A stretch of DNA of 64,000 nucleotides from Nitrospirota bacterium (GTDB taxonomy: Bacteria > Nitrospirota > UBA9217). This document shows, one piece after another, positions 19,301 through 27,515 of this stretch. Location: assembly GCA_963740085.1 (NCBI GenBank), contig CAVUCU010000001.1:1056001-1120000 (forward strand), given 5' to 3'. The notes beneath the pieces were generated by a model. That model saw only the letters and a list, made by a program, of their open reading frames with translations. It was not told where the DNA came from and made no database searches. Numbering within the stretch: position 1 is the stretch's first letter; every line of letters starts with the position of its first letter. The position numbers and the translations under genes were made by a program.

Positions 19301-20130
19301 AACTGTCCCGGGCCTTTACCCTCTGAGCCGATGGAAGCAACAAGCCTGCCGCGGGGCTCAAATTTCTTGACCTTATAGTTTCCCGTGTCCGCGACGTAAA
19401 TGTTTCCGCGGCTGTCCACTGCGATGCCCTGCGGCCGATCGAAACCGTCGGCACCTTTCCCCCGTGAACCAAAGACACGGACCTGAGCTCCGGACGGATC
19501 AAAGATGCGCACCATATCAGCCCCCGCGTCGAGGACGTATATCCGGTGTTGCACATCGACGGCCACACCGACAGGGGTCTTCATCTCATCGGTCTTCGTT
19601 CTCACCGTGATCTGGCGGATCGCGATGCCGTCGTCGGTCAGCACCTGCACACGACTGTTTCCTGTATCGGCAATAGTGACAAGCCCTTCGGAAACAGCGA
19701 TCCCGGTCGGGCCGCTGAACTCACGGAGGCCGTCGCCCCTCGCGCCGAAACCCCGCACCCACTTCCCCTCACTGTCGTACACCTGAATGCGGTTGTTGCC
19801 GGTGTCCGCCACATAGACGAGGCCCTGCTCATCGATCGCGATCCCCGAAGGATATTTGAACTGGCCCGGCTTGCTCCCTTTCAAGCCCCAGGACAGCACG
19901 GTCCTGCCGCTCTGGTCCAGAACGACGATGCGATGAGCCTCGGTATCGGCAATGTACAGGCGATCCCCGTACGCGGCCAATGCGCGGGGAGCGTTGAATT
20001 GCCGCTGCTTCGCCTGTTTTCCCGTTTCGCCGATCTCGCGCACGAACTCCATCGGCTGGAATGCGGCCGCTCGCGATACCAACAGCAAAAAAACAAGAAC
20101 GGCAAAAACGGAATGTCGAACAAAGACCAT
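16333..20130 (-). CDS. Large exported NHL beta-propeller / FN3 / transglutaminase-like / TPR protein
   Basis: GGAGG RBS, signal peptide, about 12 NHL repeats (YVADTGNxRIQ), two FN3, GDSDE...GH...W.PVE, C-terminal TPRs. Confidence 0.85.
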   Translation of the reverse strand: MVFVRHSVFAVLVFLLLVSRAAAFQPMEFVREIGETGKQAKQRQFNAPRALAAYGDRLYIADTEAHRIVVLDQSGRTVLSWGLKGSKPGQFKYPSGIAIDEQGLVYVADTGNNRIQVYDSEGKWVRGFGARGDGLREFSGPTGIAVSEGLVTIADTGNSRVQVLTDDGIAIRQITVRTKTDEMKTPVGVAVDVQHRIYVLDAGADMVRIFDPSGAQVRVFGSRGKGADGFDRPQGIAVDSRGNIYVADTGNYKVKKFEPRGRLVASIGSEGKGPGQFRELTGLISDSENNIWVLDAARNTIQVFSTEVGDAPPLTKLSPLPGVEFYKEMRGEVAALSINKNAWGISGDSLMVLGDSGSHRVIGSRGSRPGFFKNSRGLAVDGLGNFWVADTGNDRLEKFSREGNLLQVFGKSGSGEGEFRSPSGVAVGPKGNISVADTGNRRVQVFSSKGMFLGAFGKAGKLSGQFGEVVDIAADAFENLYVADRGNDRIAKYDSNGGLIWETGKTGKEEGEFREPENIVVSPDNEVYVLDAGNSRVQVFDSNGKFLRKFGSEGSDAGQFRRPQGFALEEGLRLYVGDRGNKRVQVFLLKHTPALPKDVTAQATINEVQVSWKANTETYLDQYKIYRADSPTDAFRLIGTSTTTSYLDKNLPSNRTFLYRVSSQAREGNESALSGAVSAVTPKLVPAMPKRVRGDAWGKQITISWLPNLESFVTHYRVYRSRKASTGYVLLAKTEKTIFDDGPVANDTLYYYQITAVGSEGEESEPGEVVVASMPRASLTAQPIEIARVETGEVFVSAYKTYASHPLGKVVIANTTDIPYRKVKVRFSTRDFMDYPIETEVPEIAAKQQVEVPLKPLFNSKILGVTENMQLTCEIAVTFFAAGEPRTVTRSFPLTLYERHAMRWDNKAKLGAFVTHTDAVVSDLSRQIVQQYADAHPNLPQILVYARGIYDAFGVLGLKYIVNPASPFKDFSTNTAEVTYLQYPRDTLMKKSGDSDELSILFAACMENIGIDSALVNVPGHMFVLFNTGIEVPDRITLGIPNDLIVPYHGTVWIPVEMTMVGTSFTRAWQKGAEEYRDWAARNKVNVINVQKSWDEFKPVTLPRSGMRVKVKRNEIEATFKDELETLASRRLAFLSAAYRDALKRAPADLTMLGQLGILYGEDGLFSEALEQFQKMLALDKTNALALNNIGNINYLQGRLGDARLAYEAALRSSPGEPGVMVNLARVSLQAGKKEEAKKLFLDAAGIDPRVIRRYADLAERLGVK

Positions 20131-20349
20131 ACGTGCCTCCACGGATACGAACGCTAATCGACCGGCAGATGATCGATAAACGCGCATATTCTGGTAAATT
20201 ATGAACGGATTATAGCACACTGACCTTATCCTCGACACCAAAAATGTGTTTCAACAAATTTTGTCCTTCGACAGGCGCAGTGCATTTTCCTTTGACTTTC
20301 ACCCGATATTCAGGTATTTTTGAAAACGTACCGTGAGAGGAAAACTACC

Positions 20350-22182
20350 GTGATTATCAAAAGATCGGATATTCTCGTTGCCGCATTCCTCAGTATGGTT
20401 GCGCTCCTCACACCGGAGCCGGTCATGGCCAAGACGATTATTGTTGTGCAGAATTCCACTCAGTGCCCCACGGATATCGTTACCACTCCCTGTTATCTGA
20501 ACGTCAGCGATGCGATCACCAACGCCTTGGCCGGTGATTCGATCGAGATCAAACCCGGCACTTATCCCGGGCCTTTTACCATAAACCAGAATATTGCCTC
20601 GTTGTCCGGCGATGAGACCGCGCGCACGGTTCTTACCAGCAACGGGTCCGGAGCCGCGCTGACCGTAACCAACGTATCTGCGAGCATCGACATCAGAAGA
20701 CTTAACTTTACCAATGCTCAAACAGGGCTACTGGTGCAAAACTCACCATCGGTAACAATTACGAATAATATTTTTCAAGTGGGCTCGAGCAACACCGCAG
20801 TTCAATTGATCAACGCACCGAACACCAAAATAACGAACAATACTTTTTTCCAGGACGCGAACGGCATCAGTTCCGATCAAATTGCGGTGAATATCGTAAA
20901 TAATATTTTTTCGTCCCAATCGACTGCGATATCCCCGAACGTCGAGTTAACGGGCATTTTGTCAAATCTGTTCTTTAGCTGCACCAGCATCGGCCCAACA
21001 ATCTCTTTCGATTCCGCCGACACGGTCAACTATAAGCAAAATCTGCAAAACCAGGACCCGCTGTTCGTCGATACCTCCTCTTCGGACTTTCATCTGCAGG
21101 CAGGCTCTCCCTGCATTAACACGGGGAGTACGTCACCCGGTTTAAACACCATTGGAGATGCAACACATACCGACATGGGCGCTTATGGAAGTAATTCTAT
21201 GGACATCGTCCCATTCCCGGTCTCCGGCGTGACTTCCGCGACATCGGCCTCCGGGATCGACTTGGGATGGAAACCGAACAACAGCTACCAGGTGAGCGGC
21301 TACCGCGTCTATTATGGGAACGCGTCCGGAAGCCGGTCCGGCACTGGCGCGACGGAAGGCAATTCCGGATTCAATGTGACAACGGCCAGCGCCACGGTGA
21401 GCGGTCTTCCGACAACGGTTGCCACGCCCGCAACGCCGACGCTCGGCCCGACCCAGGCCCTGAATGAAAGCCTCTTGCTGAACTGGTCCGCTGTTCCCTC
21501 CGCCAAGAGATATAACGTTTACTACGGCACGACCTCCCCTCCTGGCACGCTTGCGGGCACAGCAGACACGACGACCTTTACCCTGACGGGTTTGACGAAC
21601 GGGCAAACATATTATGTGGCTGTTTCCGCAGTTGACGAGGCCATTTATTATTTTACGATAACCGCATTCGACAGCTTTGGAGTAACATCCGGTCCCACGG
21701 TCACCCCCGGTATCGCTCACGAGAGCGATTATTCGGTGGAAATTCCCGTAAGCATCGGCAATGCGGTGGAGGGACCTCTTTCCAACATTGTGTCGGATTT
21801 TCCCGAAACACTCAGCGCCTATCCGTCACTTCCCGAGGGACGTCAGGGATGCTTTATCGCGACGGCCGCTTATGGGCATTACTCCGATCCCGAAGTACAG
21901 GCATTGCGCGAGTTTCGCGATCGTTATCTTCTCACCAACAGCATTGGCCGCGCTTTCGTGGGATGGTATTACCAGTACAGTCCCGCTGCCGCCGCAGCCC
22001 TGAACGCACACCCGGCCTTGAAACCCCTGATCAGGGCGGCGTTGCTGCCCGCCGTTGGCGGGGCCTGCCTGTTGACCCGGACCTCGCTGCAGTTCAAGAT
22101 CAGCCTGCTGGTGGTCTTCGGATGCGCTGTTCTTTTCCTATTAAACAGAAAACGGTTTTCACGTTTCGGAGGCGACCGTTGA
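20350..22182 (+). CDS. Surface protein: beta-helix (NosD/pectin lyase-like) + FN3 + CFI-box-CTERM
   Basis: Signal peptide, ITNNIF/ITNNTF repeats, DFHLQAGSPCI, FN3, GCFIATAAYG...LREFRD...YYQYSP, TM with basic tail; start uncertain. Confidence 0.8.
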   Translation: MIIKRSDILVAAFLSMVALLTPEPVMAKTIIVVQNSTQCPTDIVTTPCYLNVSDAITNALAGDSIEIKPGTYPGPFTINQNIASLSGDETARTVLTSNGSGAALTVTNVSASIDIRRLNFTNAQTGLLVQNSPSVTITNNIFQVGSSNTAVQLINAPNTKITNNTFFQDANGISSDQIAVNIVNNIFSSQSTAISPNVELTGILSNLFFSCTSIGPTISFDSADTVNYKQNLQNQDPLFVDTSSSDFHLQAGSPCINTGSTSPGLNTIGDATHTDMGAYGSNSMDIVPFPVSGVTSATSASGIDLGWKPNNSYQVSGYRVYYGNASGSRSGTGATEGNSGFNVTTASATVSGLPTTVATPATPTLGPTQALNESLLLNWSAVPSAKRYNVYYGTTSPPGTLAGTADTTTFTLTGLTNGQTYYVAVSAVDEAIYYFTITAFDSFGVTSGPTVTPGIAHESDYSVEIPVSIGNAVEGPLSNIVSDFPETLSAYPSLPEGRQGCFIATAAYGHYSDPEVQALREFRDRYLLTNSIGRAFVGWYYQYSPAAAAALNAHPALKPLIRAALLPAVGGACLLTRTSLQFKISLLVVFGCAVLFLLNRKRFSRFGGDR

Positions 22183-22817
22183 AAAAGTTTATTATGCTCT
22201 TGATTGTTTTATTTGCTCCTGCAGTCGTCCATGCAGCCGATCCTCTTATTGACCATCCACATTGGTCGCTGGAGATCAAGGGGGGGACGTTCGCGCCGGC
22301 CTTGTCGAACTGGGCGCAGTATTACGACAAGAGGTCAATGCCGGCGTTTGAGGGATCCCTGGCCTACAAGCTGATCCGTCAGATCGACATCGGCATATCG
22401 GGCGGTTACGCCCAGGACAAGGGGCATGCCTATGCGCCGGTCCACGCAGCCTCGGCCGGAGAGGTAACCTACCGGATCGTTCCGGTCAATCTTTTTATCC
22501 TGTTGCGCGGGTTGGTGAGCGAGAATCAGTGGCTGGTCCCTTATGTGGGGGGGGGATTCACCAGACTGTATTATCAGGAAAAGATCGAGGGACAGGATTC
22601 AGTCAGAGGCTCGGTGGACGGTTATCATGTCAGGGGAGGCCTGCAGTTCCTGCTGAACGGTCTGGATGAGAACGCTGCGAACAGAATGTACATGGACTAC
22701 GGAGTTGACCACACGTATCTTGTCGTAGAGACGGAATACACTCATGCGGTTGTCCGCTCGGACTCAATCAATCTCGGCGGCACTGCGTATTTGATGGGTC
22801 TCTTGTTCGAGTTTTAA
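22179..22817 (+). CDS. Outer-membrane beta-barrel, MXAN_2562-like
   Basis: GGAGG + TTG overlapping the upstream stop; LVPYVGGG, LDENAA..M..DYGV, terminal LFEF. Confidence 0.7.
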   Translation: MKKFIMLLIVLFAPAVVHAADPLIDHPHWSLEIKGGTFAPALSNWAQYYDKRSMPAFEGSLAYKLIRQIDIGISGGYAQDKGHAYAPVHAASAGEVTYRIVPVNLFILLRGLVSENQWLVPYVGGGFTRLYYQEKIEGQDSVRGSVDGYHVRGGLQFLLNGLDENAANRMYMDYGVDHTYLVVETEYTHAVVRSDSINLGGTAYLMGLLFEF

Positions 22818-22966
22818 CCGGGATCTCGGAACACTACTCGCTCGTGAACCATACGTCGGGTTTGGGGACGGCGGACATCGGGTCCCTGAATCGTCGCCAT
22901 TTCCGATCAATTCCCCTCTTCACCTGACCTCACCGTCCCTGATCTGAAGGGGTCAGATAGCGACCC

Positions 22967-23137
22967 TTACCAGCAAAATACCTTGTCACTGGCGAACACG
23001 TCCGCAACCAGTTTGTCGTATGCAATATCACCCTTCGTGAGATCAATGACCTTCGATTGATTTCCCGACGCCTGCACCTCGATGATCTTCTTCGTGCTTG
23101 CGTCAGGGGCTTTTTTTACAATGTGCAGAATCTTCAT
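22967..23137 (-). CDS. Small DsrH/TusB-like protein
   Basis: MKILHIV start, YDKLVADVF..DKVFCW end; AGGAGG RBS; operon context. Confidence 0.55.
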   Translation of the reverse strand: MKILHIVKKAPDASTKKIIEVQASGNQSKVIDLTKGDIAYDKLVADVFASDKVFCW

Positions 23138-23156
23138 GGCGCGGTCCTCCTGATAC

Positions 23157-23435
23157 TTAGTACGGCACCACAAGGTCATACTCAAGGAGTTTCTTCGCCA
23201 TCTCCTCGAGCGTGATCGTTGTGTAGCCGTTTTCCGGATTATTGGAGTACATCTTCAACTCAAGGTCCGTGGCCAGTTCGAGTGGCTGCGCGATCACGGG
23301 GTCTTCCTTGTTAAGCTTGCGGTCGAGGACAAAGACCTCGATGGAATCGTCCGCAAGGGTGAGCCCGCCCGCTACACGGAGGGCCTCACCCGGGCGATCT
23401 CTCACGATAACCGCTATCCTTTTTACATCTCCCAT
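23157..23435 (-). CDS. DsrF/TusC-like protein (Cys-free)
   Basis: EALRVAGGL, EVFVLD, LLEYDLVVPY. Confidence 0.55.
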   Translation of the reverse strand: MGDVKRIAVIVRDRPGEALRVAGGLTLADDSIEVFVLDRKLNKEDPVIAQPLELATDLELKMYSNNPENGYTTITLEEMAKKLLEYDLVVPY

Positions 23436-23446
23436 AGTCTCTCTCC

Positions 23447-23752
23447 CTAAAATATCAGAACTCTCGTGCTGTCGTGCAGCATCCCGGCGTTATTGTACTG
23501 GCTGCCATAGGATATCCCTTCGGTCTTGGCGTGGACGCCGACCTGCTCGCAGCTGTGATCGCAGACCGATATCTCTATGCCGCCAACCTTGAGCAATTCG
23601 ATGAATTCGGGGTCACCGGTAAATTTCACGCCCTCGTCGGTCAAGAAGACCGTCACCGGATGCCCCGCCGCCCTCGCCGCCTTCGTGACACCGATAATGT
23701 GCTCCCGGTTCTCGTGCTTCGTGACCATGATTCCCAGCATTTCATCAGCCAT
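23447..23752 (-). CDS. DsrE-family sulfur carrier
   Basis: VTVFLTDEGV, VCDHSC, GSQY; GAGGTGG RBS. Confidence 0.75.
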   Translation of the reverse strand: MADEMLGIMVTKHENREHIIGVTKAARAAGHPVTVFLTDEGVKFTGDPEFIELLKVGGIEISVCDHSCEQVGVHAKTEGISYGSQYNNAGMLHDSTRVLIF

Positions 23753-23930
23753 GGTTCCACCTCGTCTTAAGTTGCATGTATTGAATAGAATAGAAAATAA
23801 ACATGATTCGTGGAAAAAACGTTGACTACTGCAATCATCACGGCTCAATTTTCTAACAATCGTTTTAACGGCGTCTGAAAACAAATGAGCCGGGCAGAAA
23901 TCTCCGCCCGGCAAAAGATACATCCGTATT

Positions 23931-24998
23931 TTACTCCAGGTCCCTCATCGGCCTGATGAGCACGAAGTACACCATGGTCCAGTTGCCCAGAATGATGAAC
24001 GCATTCGCCACCCAGCTCGAAACAGCAAGGGTGGACACGCCCGTGAGACTGTGTCCGATATTGCAACCGCCGCCGAGCTGAGCGCCGACTCCCATGATAA
24101 AACCGCCGAACATCACCTTCAGGAGCTCGTCCGCAGGCGGGACCTTGAGTTTCACTTCCTTCATGAACTTACCGCTGATATATGCGCCGATCGGCACCGT
24201 AAGCACATAGAAGGCGCTCCAGGACATCGTGATGCCGAGGATCGACGTGGACTCGGCCGCAGCGACCTTGGAGTCCCCGAAGAACACTCCGAGAAAAAAC
24301 TCGCGGACCGGACCGGTGAACGAGAGCCCGCGGGCCCTGCCCGTAAAATAGCCGGACGCCCAAAACGCCGCCACCGCAATGACTCCCACGAGAAGACCGA
24401 CAAGCGACCAGGAATATCCTTTTTTGGCCTTCTGGAACGGCTTGCCCCGGAAAACAAAATAGAAGATCGGGATCGTGACCACCGCGATGATGATCCACTT
24501 GTTGACTCCGATAATATTGTAGAGCGTCGGAACCTCCTCGTCACCTACGAACACCTGATAGTTTGTCAGTGAATCGAAGACCGGTTTCATGAATCCGAAC
24601 CTCGTCAAAACGATGCCGAAGAAGAAGCCGCAGACTGCCAGTACATAGGCCAGGTTTCCCTCGCCCACGCGGTACAGGATGCCGCTCCCGCAGCCGCCGG
24701 CGAGCACGATGCCCATGCCGAATATGAATCCGCCGATGATGTTCGCAAAGGGCGCAAAGCCCTGTCGATAGAGCAAGACAGTCTCACCAGCATGCTGGAT
24801 CCAGCCCATGTCCTCGATGATATTCGCGCCAATCATCGCGACAGCAACGGCAAGAAGATATGCCCGAAGCATCGTATAGTCCTGAAAAAGCACTTCGCGA
24901 AATGCGGAGTTCACGCAGAACCTGCCGCGCTGAAGTGCATAGCCGAACGCCGCACCGATCAGCAGGCCGGACAAAATGAACGCAATTGTAGAAACCAT
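23931..24998 (-). CDS. yeeE: YeeE/YedE (TsuA) thiosulfate/sulfur-compound transporter
   Basis: Three conserved Cys motifs GRFC, AGGCGSG, GGGCNIGH; multi-TM. Confidence 0.88.
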   Translation of the reverse strand: MVSTIAFILSGLLIGAAFGYALQRGRFCVNSAFREVLFQDYTMLRAYLLAVAVAMIGANIIEDMGWIQHAGETVLLYRQGFAPFANIIGGFIFGMGIVLAGGCGSGILYRVGEGNLAYVLAVCGFFFGIVLTRFGFMKPVFDSLTNYQVFVGDEEVPTLYNIIGVNKWIIIAVVTIPIFYFVFRGKPFQKAKKGYSWSLVGLLVGVIAVAAFWASGYFTGRARGLSFTGPVREFFLGVFFGDSKVAAAESTSILGITMSWSAFYVLTVPIGAYISGKFMKEVKLKVPPADELLKVMFGGFIMGVGAQLGGGCNIGHSLTGVSTLAVSSWVANAFIILGNWTMVYFVLIRPMRDLE

Positions 24999-25081
24999 TC
25001 GCACCCCTCCTGGAAATCATTTCCCCTGTGGTTTTCGAACATGGTTTTCGAACCTGTGGAATGCAGCTTCCAGGCACGTGG

Positions 25082-25330
25082 TTACGGCTTCTTGATGTAG
25101 ATCTCCCACATACCTTTATCTTCTATCTTCACGGCCTCGACGCTGAGATTGTTCTTCTCGCAGTAGCGCGGGATGCTGTCCTCGGCCGAGGCCGGCGCAT
25201 CGCACAGCACTTTGATCGTCTGGCCGCTGCCGAGCTTCTCGATCGCCTTCTTGGTCAGGAGCAGCGGGTAGGGACATACCCTGCCGAGGGTGTCCAGAGT
25301 CTGGTCCGGTGTTGCAGTCTTGATTGACAT
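25082..25330 (-). CDS. TusA/YeeD family sulfurtransferase
   Basis: LDTLGRVCPYP; AAGGAGG RBS. Confidence 0.9.
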   Translation of the reverse strand: MSIKTATPDQTLDTLGRVCPYPLLLTKKAIEKLGSGQTIKVLCDAPASAEDSIPRYCEKNNLSVEAVKIEDKGMWEIYIKKP

Positions 25331-25643
25331 GTGATTCCTCCTTAGTGATATTAGAAAATTCGGGCGTTCACGAAAACGACCCGTTGACAAAAAGCGGTGA
25401 CGTGCAACAGTACAACCATGGTGCGAAACGCAAGGAATCCGGGTACCACCTCCTCGTGCGCAAGTTCGTACAGCCGCCCTGGGATAAAAGACAATGATCG
25501 TTCTCAGAGAAAGCCTGGGCGGGTCGGGCAGGTGTAGTAACTTATCAAAAACCGCGTTTCCTGTCAATACACGTTTTATGATTTCTTACATTAACAAAAC
25601 GGGAATCCACTATTTGACATTATTATAGCCCCGTGCGATTTGC

Positions 25644-26030
25644 TTATAGCAGTGACAGAAGGGTCAGTGCGATGACCACCGCGAGCAGGCAACAGCCGAG
25701 GATCGCGGGGATTATCCTCTGCCGGAGCCCGGTCGATTTTGATTTATCGAGGAACGGAGTAAGCAGAAGCGCGCCGAGTGCAATACCCGGCAGCAGCACG
25801 GCGCCGACGAATGTCCAGCCGCCGTAGAAGTATTTGGTGAGCTGATACAGGAACAGAAAATACCATTCCGGACGCGGGCTGAACTGGGCGGAGAAATCTA
25901 TTTCCCTGCCGATCCGCGGAGGGAACAGGACCGCGAGGACCAGCACCGCCTCGATCGTGAACATCACCACGAGCATGATCTCGAAGAAATAGTAGGGAAA
26001 GAACTTATTATCGTTTTTACTGTCTAGCAT
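25644..26030 (-). CDS. Cytochrome b subunit IV (PetD/ExtQ-like)
   Basis: FFP start, PEWY motif, PFLD, 3 TM. Confidence 0.85.
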   Translation of the reverse strand: MLDSKNDNKFFPYYFFEIMLVVMFTIEAVLVLAVLFPPRIGREIDFSAQFSPRPEWYFLFLYQLTKYFYGGWTFVGAVLLPGIALGALLLTPFLDKSKSTGLRQRIIPAILGCCLLAVVIALTLLSLL

Positions 26031-26060
26031 AGGGCGGCGTATAGCCAAAACCAAAGAACA

Positions 26061-26171
26061 AAAACCTTTGACACTGAAAAATCTGATAAAGGCTATGATA
26101 ACAGCTGATAAATCAAGGCATTATCATGGTTCTTCATACTTCAATCCGCCTTTATCCGTGTCCAAGGTTTT
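26061..26171. repeat. Inverted-repeat intergenic element
   Basis: AAAACCTTTGACAC...GATAAAGGC / GCCTTTATCCGTGTCCAAGGTTTT; related half-site near 5041-5070. Confidence 0.6.
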
Positions 26172-26210
26172 CCTTTCTTGCCTTCTATCTTCTGACCCTG
26201 ACTCCTGACT

Positions 26211-26855
26211 CTACATTCTCCCCGATATCCCCAGTCTCCGAATAATATGGAAATGCACCCAGAGGAAGAGCGCTGTCACGACCGGGAACCAGAGCATGTG
26301 CATGCTGTAAAAACGGAGGAGCGTCTCGCCTGTCACTTCCGTCCCGCCGCGCACAAAGGCGGTGAGATGCGGCCCGAAGAACGGCACCGAGCCAAGCATG
26401 TTGGTCCCCACCACCGTCGCCCAGTACGCCTTCTGGTCCCAGGGCAGGAGGTAGCCGGTGAAACCGAACGCCAGCGTCATCACGAACAGCAGGGTGCCGG
26501 CGACCCAGGTCAGCTCCCTGGGATTTTTGTAAGAACCGGTGACGAAGACCCTGATCATATGGAGCAGCACCATCACGACCATGAGGTTCGCGGCCCATTT
26601 ATGTACTGAACGGAGCAGGCCTCCCAGCGGTACGGTCTGGTCCAGGCGCTGGATGCTCGCATACGCCTCCGCGTCCGAAGGGTTGTAGTGTATCGACAGG
26701 AGCAATCCGGTCAGGAACTGCACGATGAACAGCGTGAACGTTATCCCCCCGAAGCAATAAAAATAGTTGATCCACCCGGGCACCGGCCTGTCCATCACCC
26801 TCCGGTGTCTGCTCGTGAGTCCCATGCGACTGTTGAGGTAGTCTAGAAGTTTCAT
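26211..26855 (-). CDS. Cytochrome b6-like N-terminal subunit (PetB/ExtP-like)
   Basis: YCFGG, RSVHKW...HMIR, GYLLPWDQ, RFYSMH...VHF heme ligands. Confidence 0.92.
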   Translation of the reverse strand: MKLLDYLNSRMGLTSRHRRVMDRPVPGWINYFYCFGGITFTLFIVQFLTGLLLSIHYNPSDAEAYASIQRLDQTVPLGGLLRSVHKWAANLMVVMVLLHMIRVFVTGSYKNPRELTWVAGTLLFVMTLAFGFTGYLLPWDQKAYWATVVGTNMLGSVPFFGPHLTAFVRGGTEVTGETLLRFYSMHMLWFPVVTALFLWVHFHIIRRLGISGRM

Positions 26856-26887
26856 ATAAGGTGCTCTCTACACCTGGCATTCGGCAT

Positions 26888-27340
26888 TTACACTTTGACG
26901 CCGACGAACAGCGTTCCGTCCTGAATCTTCAGGGGAAAGCGCGTAAGCGGCGCCGGAGGCGGGCCGGAAATGTTCCTGCCGGTCAGATCATACCTCCCGC
27001 CGTGGCAAGGGCAGACAAATTCCTGTTTTTCTTTATGGTAACTGACCAGGCATCCAAGATGCGAACAGACAGCGGAAAAAACCACCGGTCCCTCTGAAGA
27101 AGAGACGATAAAGACCCTGGCTTTCCTTTCTTTGCCCAGCACGGTGAACAGCAGCTCCGCCTTTTTCACGCCGATCCGCGGGATCTCCTCTTCGGCCATG
27201 AGCGGGAAAAAGACCAGCTTCTTATCACGGCTGCCGGTGGGAGCGAAGATCTTGACGGCGGGGAACAGAAATCCGAGGCCGAGCAGAGCGAGCGCCCCAT
27301 AGAGCGCCTTTTTGATAAATTCCCGCCTGCCGGTTTCCAT
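26888..27340 (-). CDS. Rieske 2Fe-2S subunit (PetC/ExtO-like)
   Basis: Tat-like GRREF, CSHLGC, CPCHG, GPPPAPL. Confidence 0.92.
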   Translation of the reverse strand: METGRREFIKKALYGALALLGLGFLFPAVKIFAPTGSRDKKLVFFPLMAEEEIPRIGVKKAELLFTVLGKERKARVFIVSSSEGPVVFSAVCSHLGCLVSYHKEKQEFVCPCHGGRYDLTGRNISGPPPAPLTRFPLKIQDGTLFVGVKV

Positions 27341-27345
27341 GGATT

Positions 27346-27374
27346 TTTATACTACGATAGGAAGATGGTGTCAA
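27346..27374 (-). promoter_or_regulatory. Sigma70 promoter of the Rieske/cyt b operon (leaderless)
   Basis: TTGACA-17-TATAAA, 5 nt before ATG, no SD. Confidence 0.7.
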
Positions 27375-27515
27375 CCACGAAAGAGTGTCAGGGTCACCGG
27401 GAAAATACCGCCGAGGGTCGGGGCGGACGTTTGCTGTTTCCGGGGACAACCGGGATGAGTCTCATAATGAGGAGACAGTGGGTACTATAGACCGGAGGAA
27501 AAGCTTTTCATTCAT

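Noticed and set aside
25340-25600. Possible riboswitch or leader peptide upstream of tusA
   Set aside because: Some stems, but no recognisable aptamer consensus; needs an Infernal search
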